From the NCBI RefSeq assembly GCF_009914755.1, contig NC_060931.1: a stretch of DNA of 64,000 nucleotides; one strand, given 5' to 3'. The DNA is from the human T2T-CHM13v2.0 reference genome, Homo sapiens. This document shows, one piece after another, positions 1 through 15,515 of this stretch (positions are counted from its first letter, which is position 1; each line of letters starts with the position of its first letter). A program made the translations under genes and the position numbers. The notes under the pieces were generated by a model. The model was not told where the DNA came from. It did no database searches and saw only the letters and a list, made by a program, of their open reading frames with translations.

Positions 1-213
1 GTGAAAATTGCTAAACATAAAAAGAATAATGTATTGGAAATGTTTATTTTAATGAGCTGGATTAGAGGTAATGCTTATGCACTCTGATTGAAGAAGATTT
101 TGCTGCCAGTCCTACTGTAATTTCTCCTTTCCCCACGTCTTCCTCCTGGAGGCTTTTACACTACTGAGTACAGCAGCATGGTGAGTTCAGGATGGGTCTG
201 CATTTCTTTGTAA

Positions 214-765
<552 letters not shown>

Positions 766-1057
766 AACTACTTTTGCTCATATGCTCTTTGGTTAGCTTC
801 CAAATATCTCCCAATAGAATCTATAGATGTTATTGTATTTGTCCTGTTGGCAGACATGAGAAAAACTCCCCACATAACTCTCTGAAACAGCAGCACACGC
901 CCCCTTGCAACACACTCCCCACCACAGGGAATTGCCCAATTCCGTTATCTTAGAGATGCTGTTTCACTTAATCAACAGATTCTGTTACTCTAGGAATTAA
1001 AAATTGATTTGGTAAAATTTCAATTACTCAAATACTGGTAAAGGTTATTCTTTGTCT

Positions 1058-1365
<308 letters not shown>

Positions 1366-1829
1366 TTATTCTTTGTCAATATTGCTTCAGTTATTTTCTT
1401 AAGACAATTTAAATCAGCCCAGCAAAAATGAGCAATTAACTGAACCAGTCAATAAGCCAATCTTTGCTGGGCCCAAACTACATGTTCTATTTTGTATTAG
1501 ATCCTGATAAGGTTTCAAAATAAATAAGAGGCACAGACCTTATCTTCTACAGTTTTTCTGGAGAAAAGAGTATCATGCCCCCAGAAAAGATATAACTAAT
1601 AGCGCAATACACTGTAAGTTCATTCCCACATGACAAATCCAAGGGAAAAAAATAACTATGTAATATTAAGTTTATAAAATGAAATAAGAATTTTCATAGT
1701 GGAGAAAATGTTTTAGGTTAAAAACTATTCAACTTTTAGCTTAGAAGTCTGATGTTGCTCTTTGAATGGCATATGTGTTGGCTAACATCTTGTACAAAAA
1801 TGCTAGTGACTAGGAAAATGTAAATCAAT

Positions 1830-2495
1830 AAAATACCATTTCTCATACACTAGGATGGCTATAATTAAAAAAACACATAATAACTAGTATTCATGGGGAC
1901 ATGGAAAACATGCTAGTAGGAATGTAAAATGGTGCAGTCACTTTGGAAAACAGCCTGGCAGTTCCTCAAAAGATTAAACATAGAGTTAACATGATTCACT
2001 CCTAGGTATATACCCAAGAGAAATGAAAACAAGTGTGTATTTTAAAACATAGATACAAATGTTCAAAGCAGCATTATTTGTTATAACCCAAAAGTGGAAA
2101 TAACCAAATGTCCATTAACTGATGAACAGATAGCATTGCTAAAAAGGAATATTATTCACCAATAAACCTTGGAAACATTAGGCTAAGTGAAAGACATCAG
2201 TCACATAAACCACATATTGTATGAATTCATTTATAGAAAATGCCCACAATAGGCAAATCTACACAGACAGAAAGTAGCTCAGTAGTTGCCTAGGACAGGA
2301 GGAGATGGAAAGCTCGGGTGATGTTAGCTAATGCGTCTGGATTTCTTTTGGGGTAATAAAAATGTTTTAAAATTTATTGTGGTGATTGATGATTGTACAA
2401 CTCTGTGAATATACTAAAAACTATATTGTACACTTCAAATTTGTAAATTATATGTTAGATTAATTATAGCTCAATAAAGCTGTTATTTAAAAAAA
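1830..2495 (+). mobile_element. Old L1 (L1M family) 3' end
   Basis: ggtgcagtcactttggaaaacagcctggcagttcctcaaaag, then caaatgtccattaactgatgaa, ending aataaagctgtt plus A run. Confidence 0.85.
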
Positions 2496-3299
2496 GAAAC
2501 ATAAATATGTCTAAATATTTTTCTGTATTGATTCCAACTTTTACTTATTCTCCCAAATCATACAAACTACATACATTTCCTTCTATGATTTTAGTCTGGC
2601 ATTTTTTGAGGCATTTCACAGCTATTTGGGTAGAACCTGCAGCCATGTGGGTGGCTGTTTCCCTGGCTGGTGCTCCAGGGTCAGCCCACTCCCCTTGGAG
2701 AGGCATGTGCCACTCCCATGGATTTGGAATGCTATCCACCTGTTTTCTCCGGCCCCCCACTTTTGTTTGTTGTTGAAGAACTAGTAAAGTCCTGACTATC
2801 CAAGTTTCTCAAATTAATTATAACTTTCTGGTGTTATCAATCAGAAAATCAGTAGGGAAAAATTCTAAACAATAATTGGCCCACAACTAACTTTTTATTT
2901 GCCTTTGAAATAATGTGTGCTTTTAATCACAGATTTAAATTATTAATTCCATTTTGGATACAATATGAGCACTCCAATTGCAGAATGTTCACACTGAAGA
3001 GGGTTGAAAGGAAACTATCTGAGGCATTTCTAGTATTCAGAGGAAAGCAACTACAGAATTGAACGTTTGTTTGAGAATCACCATAAAATGTGTAATTCAT
3101 ATGCAGATAATAAAAGATTCATGATTTGATCTTTGAGCTTCCAGAACAATAGCACCTCACTGTGTAGAAAAATAAAGCCAACTATATTACGCAAGCACAC
3201 ACCTTAAATATTTTATTATTGAAAAATTCCTTTCAAATAAGTGTGATATCTCACTGGATGAGTCCAGGACGATGTATAAAGAAATGTGGGTTTATAGCC

Positions 3300-3480
3300 T
3301 GGATTCAACATTTAATAATCATGGAAACTTCGTCAAATCTGTGAACTTCCCTGAGCCTCAGTTTTTTTGTCTCTAATATGGGTGTAATAGCAATAACCCG
3401 GCCTGCTCACAAGATAGTTCTTAGGAGCAATGTGACAGTACTTGCAGAAAAATGTAAAAGATGTGTATAATATTAAGAAT
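3300..3480 (+). mobile_element. MIR
   Basis: Core ttccctgagcctcagtttt...taatagcaataacc. Confidence 0.6.
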
Positions 3481-3745
3481 TATTACTCAGATGAGCAAAT
3501 TGGACCTTATTCAGTATGAGGCCCCCTCCCTCCCCTCCCTTTGGTTGCCTTATTTGTAAGCATTGACCCTCTAAGTAGGCTAAAATTTATTGAGTATCTT
3601 TTCTGAAAATTACAGAGATAAACATTGTCTCAAGCATTTTCTTTTATTATTACGTTTCTGCTATTTGTCATTGAAGAACCCAACGATAAGAGAGGTTGAC
3701 TAACAACCAAATTTATACCTGAGTTTTAGATCAGAAATTAAAACC

Positions 3746-4011
<266 letters not shown>

Positions 4012-4177
4012 CTAACTCTAAACTTACATTTTTTTTTGTAATACACCATGCTTTTGGGGGAAATTCTCCCTTCTGTAATCTAAACAACCTCCCTTCCTTT
4101 AAAACACTCACATTAGAGGATCCACCATCCATAGCTCCTGAAAAGGGAAGAGGATGATGTGAAGACGATTATCAAGC

Positions 4178-4325
4178 TAGGGTGGCGATACGTCCTAATA
4201 TGCCTAGGACAGTCCCTGTGTAGGCTGATTGTAATTATCCTGATGTAATTGTGATGTAATTATCAACAATTCCGCCCTCTCTTTTTACTCTCAAAAAGTT
4301 TTGGTTTGAATCTGAGGTGGTTAAC
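4178..4325. mobile_element. hAT-family non-autonomous DNA transposon (MER94-like)
   Basis: agggtggcgatacgtcctaatatgcctaggacagtccc resembles the hAT-Blackjack terminus as I recall it. Confidence 0.4.
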
Positions 4326-4411
4326 ACTGACTCTTTACAGTGAAGGTTAACCAGAATCACCAAGAAATTACATATGTATTTCTCAACTGTCATCCCTACA
4401 TATCAAAGTCA

Positions 4412-4780
<369 letters not shown>

Positions 4781-5369
4781 TTAAGTTTATGTAGTTAGAC
4801 TAAGCTTTATGTACATGTCTGAAGAAGATAAAGTCCTGGTGAATAATTAGACTGAAGAGGCAGGAAAGACAAGAGAAATAGAGAGCACATAAATGAAGAA
4901 CTGTGAGACAGCATGTGTTAACATACTCAGAGAAAAATAATCTACTGGCTGATAATAAGATATGTTAAAAGGCAGTCTGGAAAAGCAAGATATTTCCTCC
5001 AGCATTTGATGTTTTTTCTTCCTAGGAGGCAAGTAGAGTGGATAAGAGTGCATTTTTCATTCCCCAAAGAGACATTTTAGCAAGGTTGATTGTTTTGGCC
5101 CTTGTGTTTTCCTATGAGTGTGTGTTTGCCAGGGACCCACCTCTTGGAAAGAATATCAGTTTCAAACCAGTACTCAATTATGCTTTTCACTAACTCATAA
5201 GTTTAAAATGACAGCAGAGATCTGTCACCTTTTACTCTAGACATTGCCAACCTCAATATTTTCTTCTACTCTTGTTGAATTATCTGTTTTTTTAGATAAT
5301 TTTTTTGTTTTTGCTATTCAAAATCAAAGTTTTACATACATATAGTGAAAATGTAATTGTAACTCTGAT

Positions 5370-5965
5370 TCACTGCTGATGGGGGTGTAAATTAATATAA
5401 TCACTTTATAATACGGCAGTAACTAGTATTATCGAATGTGTATTTACCCTTTAATGCTTCAAATATTTTCTTAGATATAAACCCAACAGAAATGTGTATA
5501 CATCTAAACCAAGACACATATTTAGAAATGTTCATAGTAGTGTTATTCATAGCATCCCCAAACAGGAAGTGGCCCATATTCCATCAACATTAGAATGAAT
5601 AAATAAACTGTGGTTTGTTCATACAATAAAACACCATGTGCAAAAACCAAGAATAAGATGAAATGAAAATGAAAGAATTACTCCTATTTACAACTTGGAT
5701 GAATCTCACAGTCATGTTTACCAAAATGAACTAGACACAATAGAGAGTAATGTATAATTCTCTTTACAAAAAATTTAAAACAGGCAAATCTAATGCATGA
5801 TGTTAAAGGTTAGGATAGTAGTTACTTTGTGGGAGGAGGATATAGGTGGTGACAGAGATAGGCTTCTGAGGTCTGGTGATGTTCTATTTCTTGATCTGAG
5901 TGAAACTTATAAGGTGTGTTTTCCTTGTGATCTTTGGGCTGTATACTTATGATTTATCAGTTTTC
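5370..5965 (+). mobile_element. Old L1 (L1ME-like) 3' fragment
   Basis: aaatgttcatagtagtgttattcatagc, ggatgaatctcaca, gttctatttcttgatctg. Confidence 0.7.

Positions 5966-5996
<31 letters not shown>
5966..5996. repeat. (TG)n(TA)n microsatellite
   Basis: Seen directly. Confidence 0.9.
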
Positions 5997-6029
5997 GTGC
6001 ATACACACAAGAATATTCACTAAATTGTG

Positions 6030-6460
6030 CATCCTTTAAGGTTCTTTGGCTACTCTGTAGATCAAGTAAATTATGAGAAGGGAGTGGGAATGAACACCCA
6101 AACATGGAGCCTGTGGAGGTTTCTCAGGTGAGATCTGAACCCAGACCAGGGAGGAGAAGTGAAATGGGAGAGGGTGAAAGCACTGATTTTGAAGGTAGAA
6201 CTAACAGGCCTCATTGGAGAAGAAGTAATGAGGGAAATGGAGGAATGAAAGCTGACACGTAGGGTTTGAGGTTGACTGACTGTGTGAACACAGAATGATC
6301 AGATTTGGGGATGGGAGTCCACAGGTAGGTTTTGGGGCATAGGAAATCTGAGATGTCAAAGTTGTCAGCATGATATATCAATTTGAAGCTTGAAAATAGC
6401 TAGAACTATAAATTTAGAACTTGTCAGTATATAGATGGTATTTATAGCCATTAAATTGGA
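6030..6460 (+). mobile_element. L2 fragment
   Basis: Purine-rich. atttagaacttgtcagtatatagatggtatttatagcc resembles L2. Confidence 0.5.
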
Positions 6461-6469
6461 ATGCCTCAT

Positions 6470-7260
6470 AAGTCTGTTCTCAACCCTTCCTTATTCAACA
6501 TTTTATCAGTCACCAGGAATAGAGGTGTAAACAAACCCACAGATTAACAGTGAAGTAATACACAGAAAACAGTGTAAAAGGAAACTCAAAGCATGATAAA
6601 ATAGAGTAGGTATAATTAGTTGCCTTAGGTTCAAATAATCAATTGTTTCATACTAGCAGTGTGACCTAACCAAAATACAAAAGACTATAAAAGACATAAA
6701 GATTTAATTTCAAATGAGATGCATTTGATTCAACAATAAGATACAGCAGTCTAGAGAGCAATACAAAAAAGGTAATATAGTTTTCTCATTTTATCCTGTG
6801 CTCTTCCAACCCCAGACCAAGTGTCACAAGATATGGGAACAGCTTCAGAGAAAAAGAAAATTACAAGAAATATTTGGAAACAGTGGCACGTGAAAAACAA
6901 CTGAAAGAAATGGAGCTGCTTAGCTAGAAAAGAGATAAAGTGGGGAGAGGGACTGGTGTTTAAAATCTACCTTCAAATACTTCAAGGGTGACATTTAACA
7001 CCTTTTTCTTAAAAAACTACAAAAGGCAGAATTAAGACGAGATGATAGGTAGATAGATAGATAGATAATCAGAAAAATAAATCCTGACACAGAATAACAC
7101 AGAATTTTCTAAGAATTATATTTGAGTTGCCTAATAAGGTAATTCTCCATTGCCAAAATATTCCAGCAAAGCCTGTATGGCCACTGTGAAGATTCATGGA
7201 TGAGTGGATCGTTGGTCTAGAGCCTCTAAGTTCTTCCCAACTCTGAGATGTTATGAATGG
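6470..7260 (+). mobile_element. L3/CR1 LINE 3' remnant, with a (GATA)n tract near 7043-7066
   Basis: ggagctgcttagctagaaaagaga...ccttcaaatacttcaaggg and terminal ttcccaactctgagatgttatga resemble the CR1 3' end. Confidence 0.5.
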
Positions 7261-10200
7261 ACAAGCAATTATTTTGAAAAGGAAAAAAAAAAGAATGTAA
7301 GAAACAGAGAGGAAGGAGCAGGAGAAAAGGGAAGGAAAGGGAAACATTTATATTATCAAACACTTTCCCTGGCAGAAAAAGACAAACTAACAAGTAAACA
7401 CTGAATAAATTTAGGGGAAAATAAGATTTGCGACAGGAGTGTGGTCTTCTAAAGCAGGTTTTAATATCCTAAAACATCTCCCTATGCCTAAAAGAAATTT
7501 CCTGGATTTTATTCTTTTCCTAAAGAACAGCCCAGCTGTGGTAAATAATCAGCATTCTACAGTTTTAAGTAATTTAAACCTATCAGTCAGTCATTTGACA
7601 CCTCTCATTTCTTGTGTTATATCATTTTTTCAACAACATGACTTGCAATACACACATGGTGAAATTGGAGAGGATTTTACAAAATGATAATATAATAACT
7701 CTATTTTTGCCCCAAACATTTAGCTATTTGTGCTCTACTCCTTCAGAAAATACTTTGCTTTCATAGTAAAAGTCTTCAGAACCAAGTAATTTGAGTAGCA
7801 TGCCCTTTATAGCAACATTCTGCAAATTCTACTATTTCCAAATAAAGTAGTGTGCAGTTTTTCAGGACCACAATGTTTTACTATCTAAGTTTATTTCTGG
7901 TAACCTATTTATCCAAGAGATTCCAATGACTGCAATACTTTTTAAAAGGTAAAAAGGCATACCTTTTAGTACTATGTGTAATTATATGAACGTATATCGA
8001 TGGACAATAAGTAACAAGCAGAATTTTACGTATATTCACTATTATGAAGTGGGGGGGACTCCCTCTGTCTATCTGGCACATAATTGTTATCATTTCCAAA
8101 AAGTGAAATGGTAACATAAAGATGTTATAGAAAATAGTGCATATTTCAGTAAAATGTTTCTTTCAAGGTCAGCATGATGAGAATATTCCGAATGCTTTGA
8201 AGGATTCTACTCTTCCTCCTCTTTTTTTAAAGAAAATGCAAACATGTACTAAAGTTGCTTTTGAAATGACATTTATCCATTTAGTAATTGCTTAACTAGA
8301 GAAGAATTACTTCATTCAGACACTCAAGAATGTCAACAGTCTTATTTATAATGTATTTAATAGAGTACCTTCTTTATTAACTACCTGTAGATCCAAACTT
8401 CAGGCTGTTCTAAACAAGAAACTAAGAACTTAATAAGCAGTTAGCAGACACTGAGGGTCTCATTGTGCTTCAGTGGCCCAAAAAGAGTAGATACAGACAT
8501 CTAAATTGCCTATTTTATGCCTTTATGTATTGTAGAAATCTGCCTTACTGTTTTGTGTAGCCACAGAACAGAAATAGACTAACTTTTTTTTAGTAAACTC
8601 TCTGGAAACAAAAATCTTCCCAGATATTTATTGTTAGGAAAATATAATCTAAAAATTCTTCTGCCCAACCCCTTGGCTGCATCCCAGTCTTCCATCTGCT
8701 TTGTGCAGTTGGATTCCCTTTGCTCTTTACTCATAAATGATTCTCTCAAGCATTAAAAGTCACCTGATAGACACCAAAGCCATAATTTGCAAGATCCAGG
8801 TGGAAGGCATTTTGTACTTTTGTTCTTACTTTTATACTGGAAATATGCAATAAGGCTAAAATTCGTTTTTTAAAAAAAGACTTCCCATTTTTTTTCTCTT
8901 GGCTAATGTAGTAGATTAGCTATGTTATTTTCAAAAATTTGCATTAACTCTAAATAAAAAACAGAATAACATTTGTAAAAAGAAAAAAGATTAGAGAACA
9001 CAAAGGCTTCAAACTGAGATACAATAAATTTTTTGTCCAAAATTAAATCCCAAATCAAGAAAACAACCTTTAGATCTGTTGTTTTAGCAACTAATAATCT
9101 GCTGTGCACATTTCAGTTGGTATTTGGAAAACATTTAACTCTGTAGCTTTGTAGAAATGATATTCCCACTTGAACATAGAGGAAATTATACTTATTGAGA
9201 GTTTAACTCAAGAGTTAGTGCACAACAAAAGTTCATTAGTGCCCATTTCATGTTCTGGAAAGATAAAATATCAGCATCCTATAGAGATGTCTTATTTGTA
9301 TATACAGCATTTCAGAAATCAATGGGATACTCAAAAGATTAAACAGGAACATCCTTTACTTATGGAACACAGGATAAAATAAATCTAAAATTAATTGTCA
9401 TACATCGTTTTTGAATGAGAACCAAATGACCTATCCTACCACCTCTAATTGTGAATACAGGTTTTTCAAGAGTGTACCTTCTTCCTCATTTATTTCTAAT
9501 TGCCAGGCATTGCCAAACAAAAGTTAATTCTGGAAATTCTTGTAAATGAAGAGAGGTTTTTGATCAGAGAAGGTGTTGTTTGAAACAGCCAGAAGATCCA
9601 GCTTGCAACAATTACGGACAAGCTACTGTGTCTTAATATCAAGCTAAAAATTCCCTGGTCCACTGATGCAAGACTTATTTTACTCAAATTGTGAACAAAA
9701 AGACAAGTGGTAAATTAGGAGGGAAAAAAGTGAAGCAACTTTTATTAAATACCATGCAACCATCTGGCACCACTCCGCAAAGTTGATTATTGACTAACTT
9801 TAATAGCAGACATTTTTGTCTATTCCTTTAAACATTTTGTGGAGGAAATGTCCTCTGTATTGGGGGGGGTGGGGGGACAGTTGGAGGTGGGGGGCAGATA
9901 GTGGTTGAGTGTGAGTTGGAGGGTAGAAGGAGGAAATTAAAAGATGCATTGATAAAGCAGTAGGGTACAGGAGTTATGCAAGCAATAGTTTATGTAAAGC
10001 CACAGAGAGAGTGGCTTATGCCAGAAACAGCAGGTCCTTCCAAATTTCTCAAGCTTTGTCCTTGCTAACAGTAAGCAAGCCTAGGAGGGGATGCTTGAAG
10101 AACCTGGTAAGCAACTGCCCGGCTCTCCCACTAACAAGTCCATGGATTTCTCAGTTAAGGTTACTTAAAATTGCAAAAGCTATTCACTTGCTGAAGATTG

Positions 10201-10536
10201 TCAAAAATCACTGAATTTTATAGCTTTAAGAGAGAATCTTACAGATCAAGAAGTCCCAAGCCTGTATTTTTCCAGATATAATCATTTAAACAATCCTAAC
10301 CTTTGTGAGGAAAGTATAGGAGGCCAGGCAAGGTAGACAGAGCTTGAGGCCTTGGCAGTTGCTTCCTTTTGATCTCTAGGGGAAGGGGGTGGGGGTTAAT
10401 ATGTATTCATTAATTAATACCAACATTGTATTGAAAAAATTGCAATTAGTCAATGATAATGGGTTCTTCTGAACATTTTACATGACAAACAAATATTCTT
10501 AAGTTTAATTTCAAAAAGACGTGGAGTTTCTTTCTA

Positions 10537-10760
10537 TTTTTTTTTTTAAGATGGGCCTTGCTCTGTGCCCTCAAACTCCAGTCTACAATCTCAAACTCCT
10601 GGGCTCAAGAAATCCTCTTGTAGTAGCTAGGACTACAGGCATCTCTCACTACACCTGGCTAGTTTTTTTTTTATTTTTTGTAGAGACTGGGTCTCACTAT
10701 GTCTCCCTCCTCAGCCACCCAGAGAGCTGGGATTATAGGTGTAAGCCACTGTGCCAGGCC
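10537..10760 (-). mobile_element. Degraded AluJ-like element
   Basis: Antisense Alu motifs with internal deletions. Confidence 0.75.
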
Positions 10761-10883
10761 TAGCCCTGGAGTTTCTAATACATTGGTGATACAACTCTGA
10801 GATTTCTAAGCATGGATTTGTAAATGAAGAGCTGGAGCTTAATTTTTCTAATTCACACAGCACTGTTTCAACATTGTCTTATT

Positions 10884-11106
10884 CAGTGGTTCTCAGCCTG
10901 GGAAAGAAGGAGAAAGGTGATTTTGCCCCCCAGAGGACATTTGGCAACATTTGGAAACATTTTGGTTGTCATGACTGGGAGTGTTATAGGTATCTAGTGG
11001 ATAGATGCCAAGGATGTTGCTAAACATCCTACAATGCACTGGACAGTCTCTCAAGGAAAAATGATCTGGCCCAAAATGCCAACAGGGTTGAGATTGAGAA
11101 ACTCTG
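10884..11106. mobile_element. MER20 (hAT-Charlie)
   Basis: Termini cagtggttctca and tgagaaactctg. Internal tttgccccccagaggacatttggcaa. Confidence 0.85.
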
Positions 11107-11784
11107 GTCTAATCTGAACACTCTGAATATTATTAAAACATATGGTGAGATCAAGAATTTATTACTGCATTTTCGTTAATACCAATTTGCTCAAAGGCAG
11201 TTTGAAAAACAGACCCTGACTAAAATTGCATGTGCGTTATACAGGGAAAAAAATATGACACATTTGTGATTTGAAAAGGAAAAAAAGCTGAAGGGAAAAA
11301 ATTAGATATTTTTATTCATAAGAGCATTGCCATACAATTTTCAATGCTCCAGAAAAATAACCTTCTTCCATTGACACTGTGCTGAAAGAAGTGAGTAACA
11401 AAATGGTTATAAACTATCCTTCTCACAAATTCTAATCTATTATCAGACTGTTATTTCTAAAATATATTAATACACCATCTAAAAAACAGCCCTCTTATCA
11501 GAAGCTATGATACATAATAAGTCAGAAGATAAATGCACCAGTAGGAATTTATTATAATTTTTTTAATTTCTCTGGATTACAGGGCACGTAAACTCTGTAG
11601 GAGGTGCTTATTGGAGAGTAATTCTGTGATCCAGAAGACACTAGAATGTGTTCAGCCATTTAGCACCCACCCACCCCCTTTCTTTTCCCTTTCCTGGTAA
11701 ATTTTCCTTTATGTTCATAAGGACAGATGCCATTGCTGTGGGAATCACTCTGGTTTAAGCCTCTTGAGAAAAACAGTAGCTAAC

Positions 11785-12237
11785 TATATTAGTCCGTTCT
11801 CACACTGCTATAAAGAAATACCTGAGACTGGGTAATCTATAAAGAAAAGAGGTTTAGTTGGCTCACAGTTCCACTAGCTGTACAGGAAGCATTATGATGG
11901 CATCTGCTCAGCTTCTGGGGAGGCCTCAGGAAACTTACAATCATGGCGGAAGGTAAACAGGGAGTATCACCTCACGTGGCCACAGAAGGAGCCAAAGAAA
12001 GGTGAGGGGGAGGTGCCACACACTTTTGAAGGACGAGATCTAATGAGAACTCACTCACTATACAGTACCAACTGCGGGGTCGGGGGGCAGGGGTGGCAGT
12101 GGGGGTGGTTGCTAAACCATTCCTAAGAACTCTGCCCCCATGATCTAATCTCTACCTCCCACCAAGCCCCACCTCCAACACTGGGGATTACAGTTCCACA
12201 TGAGATTCGGGCAGGGACACAAATCCAAGCCATATCA
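11785..12237 (-). mobile_element. MaLR solo LTR (MST family)
   Basis: tatattagtccgttctcacactgctataaag through ccatatca. 5-bp TSD CTAAC at 11780-11784 and 12238-12242. Confidence 0.9.
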
Positions 12238-13610
12238 CTAACCTTATCTAAATACTGGCCAATAGGATAAGCAAAATCATTTTTATAGCTTCTTTCAAAA
12301 AATCTTATGTATTAAAATGTTGAAATGTATAAGAATTTCATCAAAATAAGAACCTCACCAGATCTGACCCAAGGGAGAGAAGATTGTTCAATAAAAAATT
12401 ACAAATGGATGAATAAATGAATCCTCTCCTTTCAAGTTCTGTGCTCCATACAACAAATCTAGATGGGTCTCATTTAGATGGGATTTAGAGACACCTTTCT
12501 TAAATACCTATCATTTTACGAATGAAGCTGTTGTCTAAAGAGTCCTCTTGGCCACTTCCTGAAAACAAATCAATTATTTGTGATAACTCTCAAATGTCCT
12601 AATAATCCCATGGAAAATGTAAATGTAATGAGGACCAAGAATTATAAGGTAAGAAGTGCTAATGTCAGATTTTTACCCACTACATAAGCCCACTCTTGTA
12701 CTAGGGCAGTGACTTTCTTCTTTGGGTGAGACCTTGAAATCTGGGATTATAATTTTGAATTATAATTATAAAATGGTATTTGGCTGTAAATTATCTCCTT
12801 TTTTTTTCTGTTCCTCACAGTTGATATTATGGATTCCCATAAGGATTCATGTCTTCTATTCACTTTAATGAACAGTTGTTGGGCAACAAGTCTAGAAGAG
12901 TTCCAATTCTCATCAGGAGAATGGACAAGGTGGAGAAGCAGAGAAAATGCAATGAGTAGAATGTCTAAGTCATCACTTTGGAATTGACTGAACATAAATA
13001 AAAATGAGAAAGATACGTAAAAAAGAAGGGAATGGGTAAGCAGGGTGATGTCTGGGAGAGGAGGGGCTCCATAGCCATGAGAGTCAACTCTGTAACACCC
13101 TATAGGGTTACAACACTGCCCTTCATATACTGAGGTAGCAGCAGGGAAACTTTTTAATTATTAGAAATATTGAACTTTGCCTCCCACCCCCAAACATTTT
13201 TCTCATTCAGTTCCTGTTCTTTTTTATTTCTGTAATTTTTACTGTTTCAAAAATGATCTTTTTTCTTTCGGAAGAAGCAATTCTTCAAATCCAGTTCACA
13301 TAAGGGGATTTGATATGTTCAACAAGCTCCAAATACACTGTATCCAGCAATACCTACTACATGCCTACTTTGAGCTCTGAGCAACCTGCACCTCAAGCCT
13401 AGTTCTCATTGTTTTGCTTTTGGCAAATTTTCACTAAGTGCCCTTCCTCCCCAAACACACGTATATGTCTACCAGACCCTAAAGCCCTTTATGAACATGC
13501 AAACTCCTCCCTTCTGAAAACCTTTGCGTGAGTGGTCAGCAGGCTAATTCATCCATTGCAATGTGGCTTTGTGTTAGGGTTCTGTTTCCGTGCTGCCTGC
13601 AAGATAATCA

Positions 13611-14071
<461 letters not shown>

Positions 14072-14849
14072 TCAGATCTGAAGGCACAAACTCTAGGGCC
14101 AGGGCGTTCGCCTACCCAACTCCACATGCACTTGCAGGTCACCTAGCACTCAGGTACCTAGCACTCAGGTACATTGTGGCTCCTTACCTCTCACGACAGC
14201 AGCAACAACGTTGATTGGAAGTTTATCACTGTGTGTTACGGGCCATGGGCCATGTGTGTTAGAATTTTATGTGAAATTAACATTTAATTCTCACGGACAC
14301 CCCTGAAACAGATGCCACAGCCCCCATTTTGCCAACGAGGCAGCTGAGGTTCCCAGAGGCTCAATACCAGCACCATGAGCCGCAGCACGCAAGGCAAACA
14401 CAGCCGGAGGTGAGCACATACCTGCTTCGCACCCCATGCGCCTAACCACAAGGTTCCCTCCCTCCAGGAAGGCCGTTGTCTTCCCTGGGACGACTTGCCA
14501 GCTCTGAGGCATGACAGTACGGGCCCCCAGAAGGGTGACCAGGAGGCCCTCCTCGTCCCAGCTGCCGGCGTCGCCGCCCACTGCAGGGCCCGGGCTGTGA
14601 CTCGTGGGGACGGTTCCCTGCGCCCCGGCGGGGGAGGTGGGCGGGGAGGGGCGGCGGGGCGCCGGGGCGGGGCTCGGGACGGCCGGGCTGGGAGCTGGAG
14701 CCCACAGCGGGAAGCGGCCGCCGCCCGGGCCTCGCAGGGCTAGGCGAGGCGAGGGGGGGCGGGGCCGGGCGCTACGGGAAGGGGAGGCCGCGCGGACCGG
14801 GAGCCGCACCGCGCCAGCCGGGCTGCAGCGGCCGCGCACCAAGGCTGCG

Positions 14850-14999
14850 ATGGGGCTGGAGACGGAGAAGGCGGACGTACAGCTCTTCATGGACGACGAC
14901 TCCTACAGCCACCACAGCGGCCTCGAGTACGCCGACCCCGAGAAGTTCGCGGACTCGGACCAGGACCGGGATCCCCACCGGCTCAACTCGCATCTCAAG
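14850..14999 (+). CDS. CAV2: Caveolin-2 exon 1 coding part (aa 1-50). Internal Met14 at 14889 is the beta-isoform start.
   Basis: Translates [50 protein letters not shown], the caveolin-2 N-terminus. Strong Kozak GCGATGG. Donor AAG|GTGAAG at 15000. Confidence 0.99.
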
Positions 15000-15327
15000 G
15001 TGAAGCCCGGGGCGGGCGGGCCCAAGTCCCCGCTGAGGCCGGGAGGTGCGGGCGCCCCTCAGCCCCGCCCTAACCCGTCCCACCATTGCCACCGGGTCGG
15101 CCCCGCAGGGTCTGAGACCCGCACCCTTCCCCGGTCCCACCCGTCACCAGGCCGCCCGCGTAGCCAGGAATTCTTAGCCAGGTTCCTGTGCGCCCACCGT
15201 GACCCTAAGAGAAGAGGCGGACGCCCTGGCACGTCCTTCCCTCCTGCTTCCCCCGCCCAAAGCGCTCCCGGTTCCCGGGGCGTCAGGTCGGCTGACAGTT
15301 CGGGGTCCCTGCGTCCTGTCTCCTCAG

Positions 15328-15515
15328 CTGGGCTTCGAGGATGTGATCGCAGAGCCGGTGACTACGCACTCCTTTGACAAAGTGTGGATCTGCAGCCATG
15401 CCCTCTTTGAAATCAGCAAATACGTAATGTACAAGTTCCTGACGGTGTTCCTGGCCATTCCCCTGGCCTTCATTGCGGGAATTCTCTTTGCCACCCTCAG
15501 CTGTCTGCACATCTG
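15328..15515 (+). CDS. CAV2: Caveolin-2 exon 2 (188 nt; signature motif, scaffolding and intramembrane domains)
   Basis: Acceptor tgtctcctcag|CTG. Encodes [62 protein letters not shown], including the caveolin signature FEDVIAEP. Donor TG|GTGAGA. Confidence 0.99.

Noticed and set aside
14291-15140. Antisense ORFs of 199 and 122 aa over the CAV2 promoter
   Set aside because: Pro/Arg/Gly/Ala-rich products of a GC-rich island with few stop codons, partly the mirror of CAV2 exon 1.
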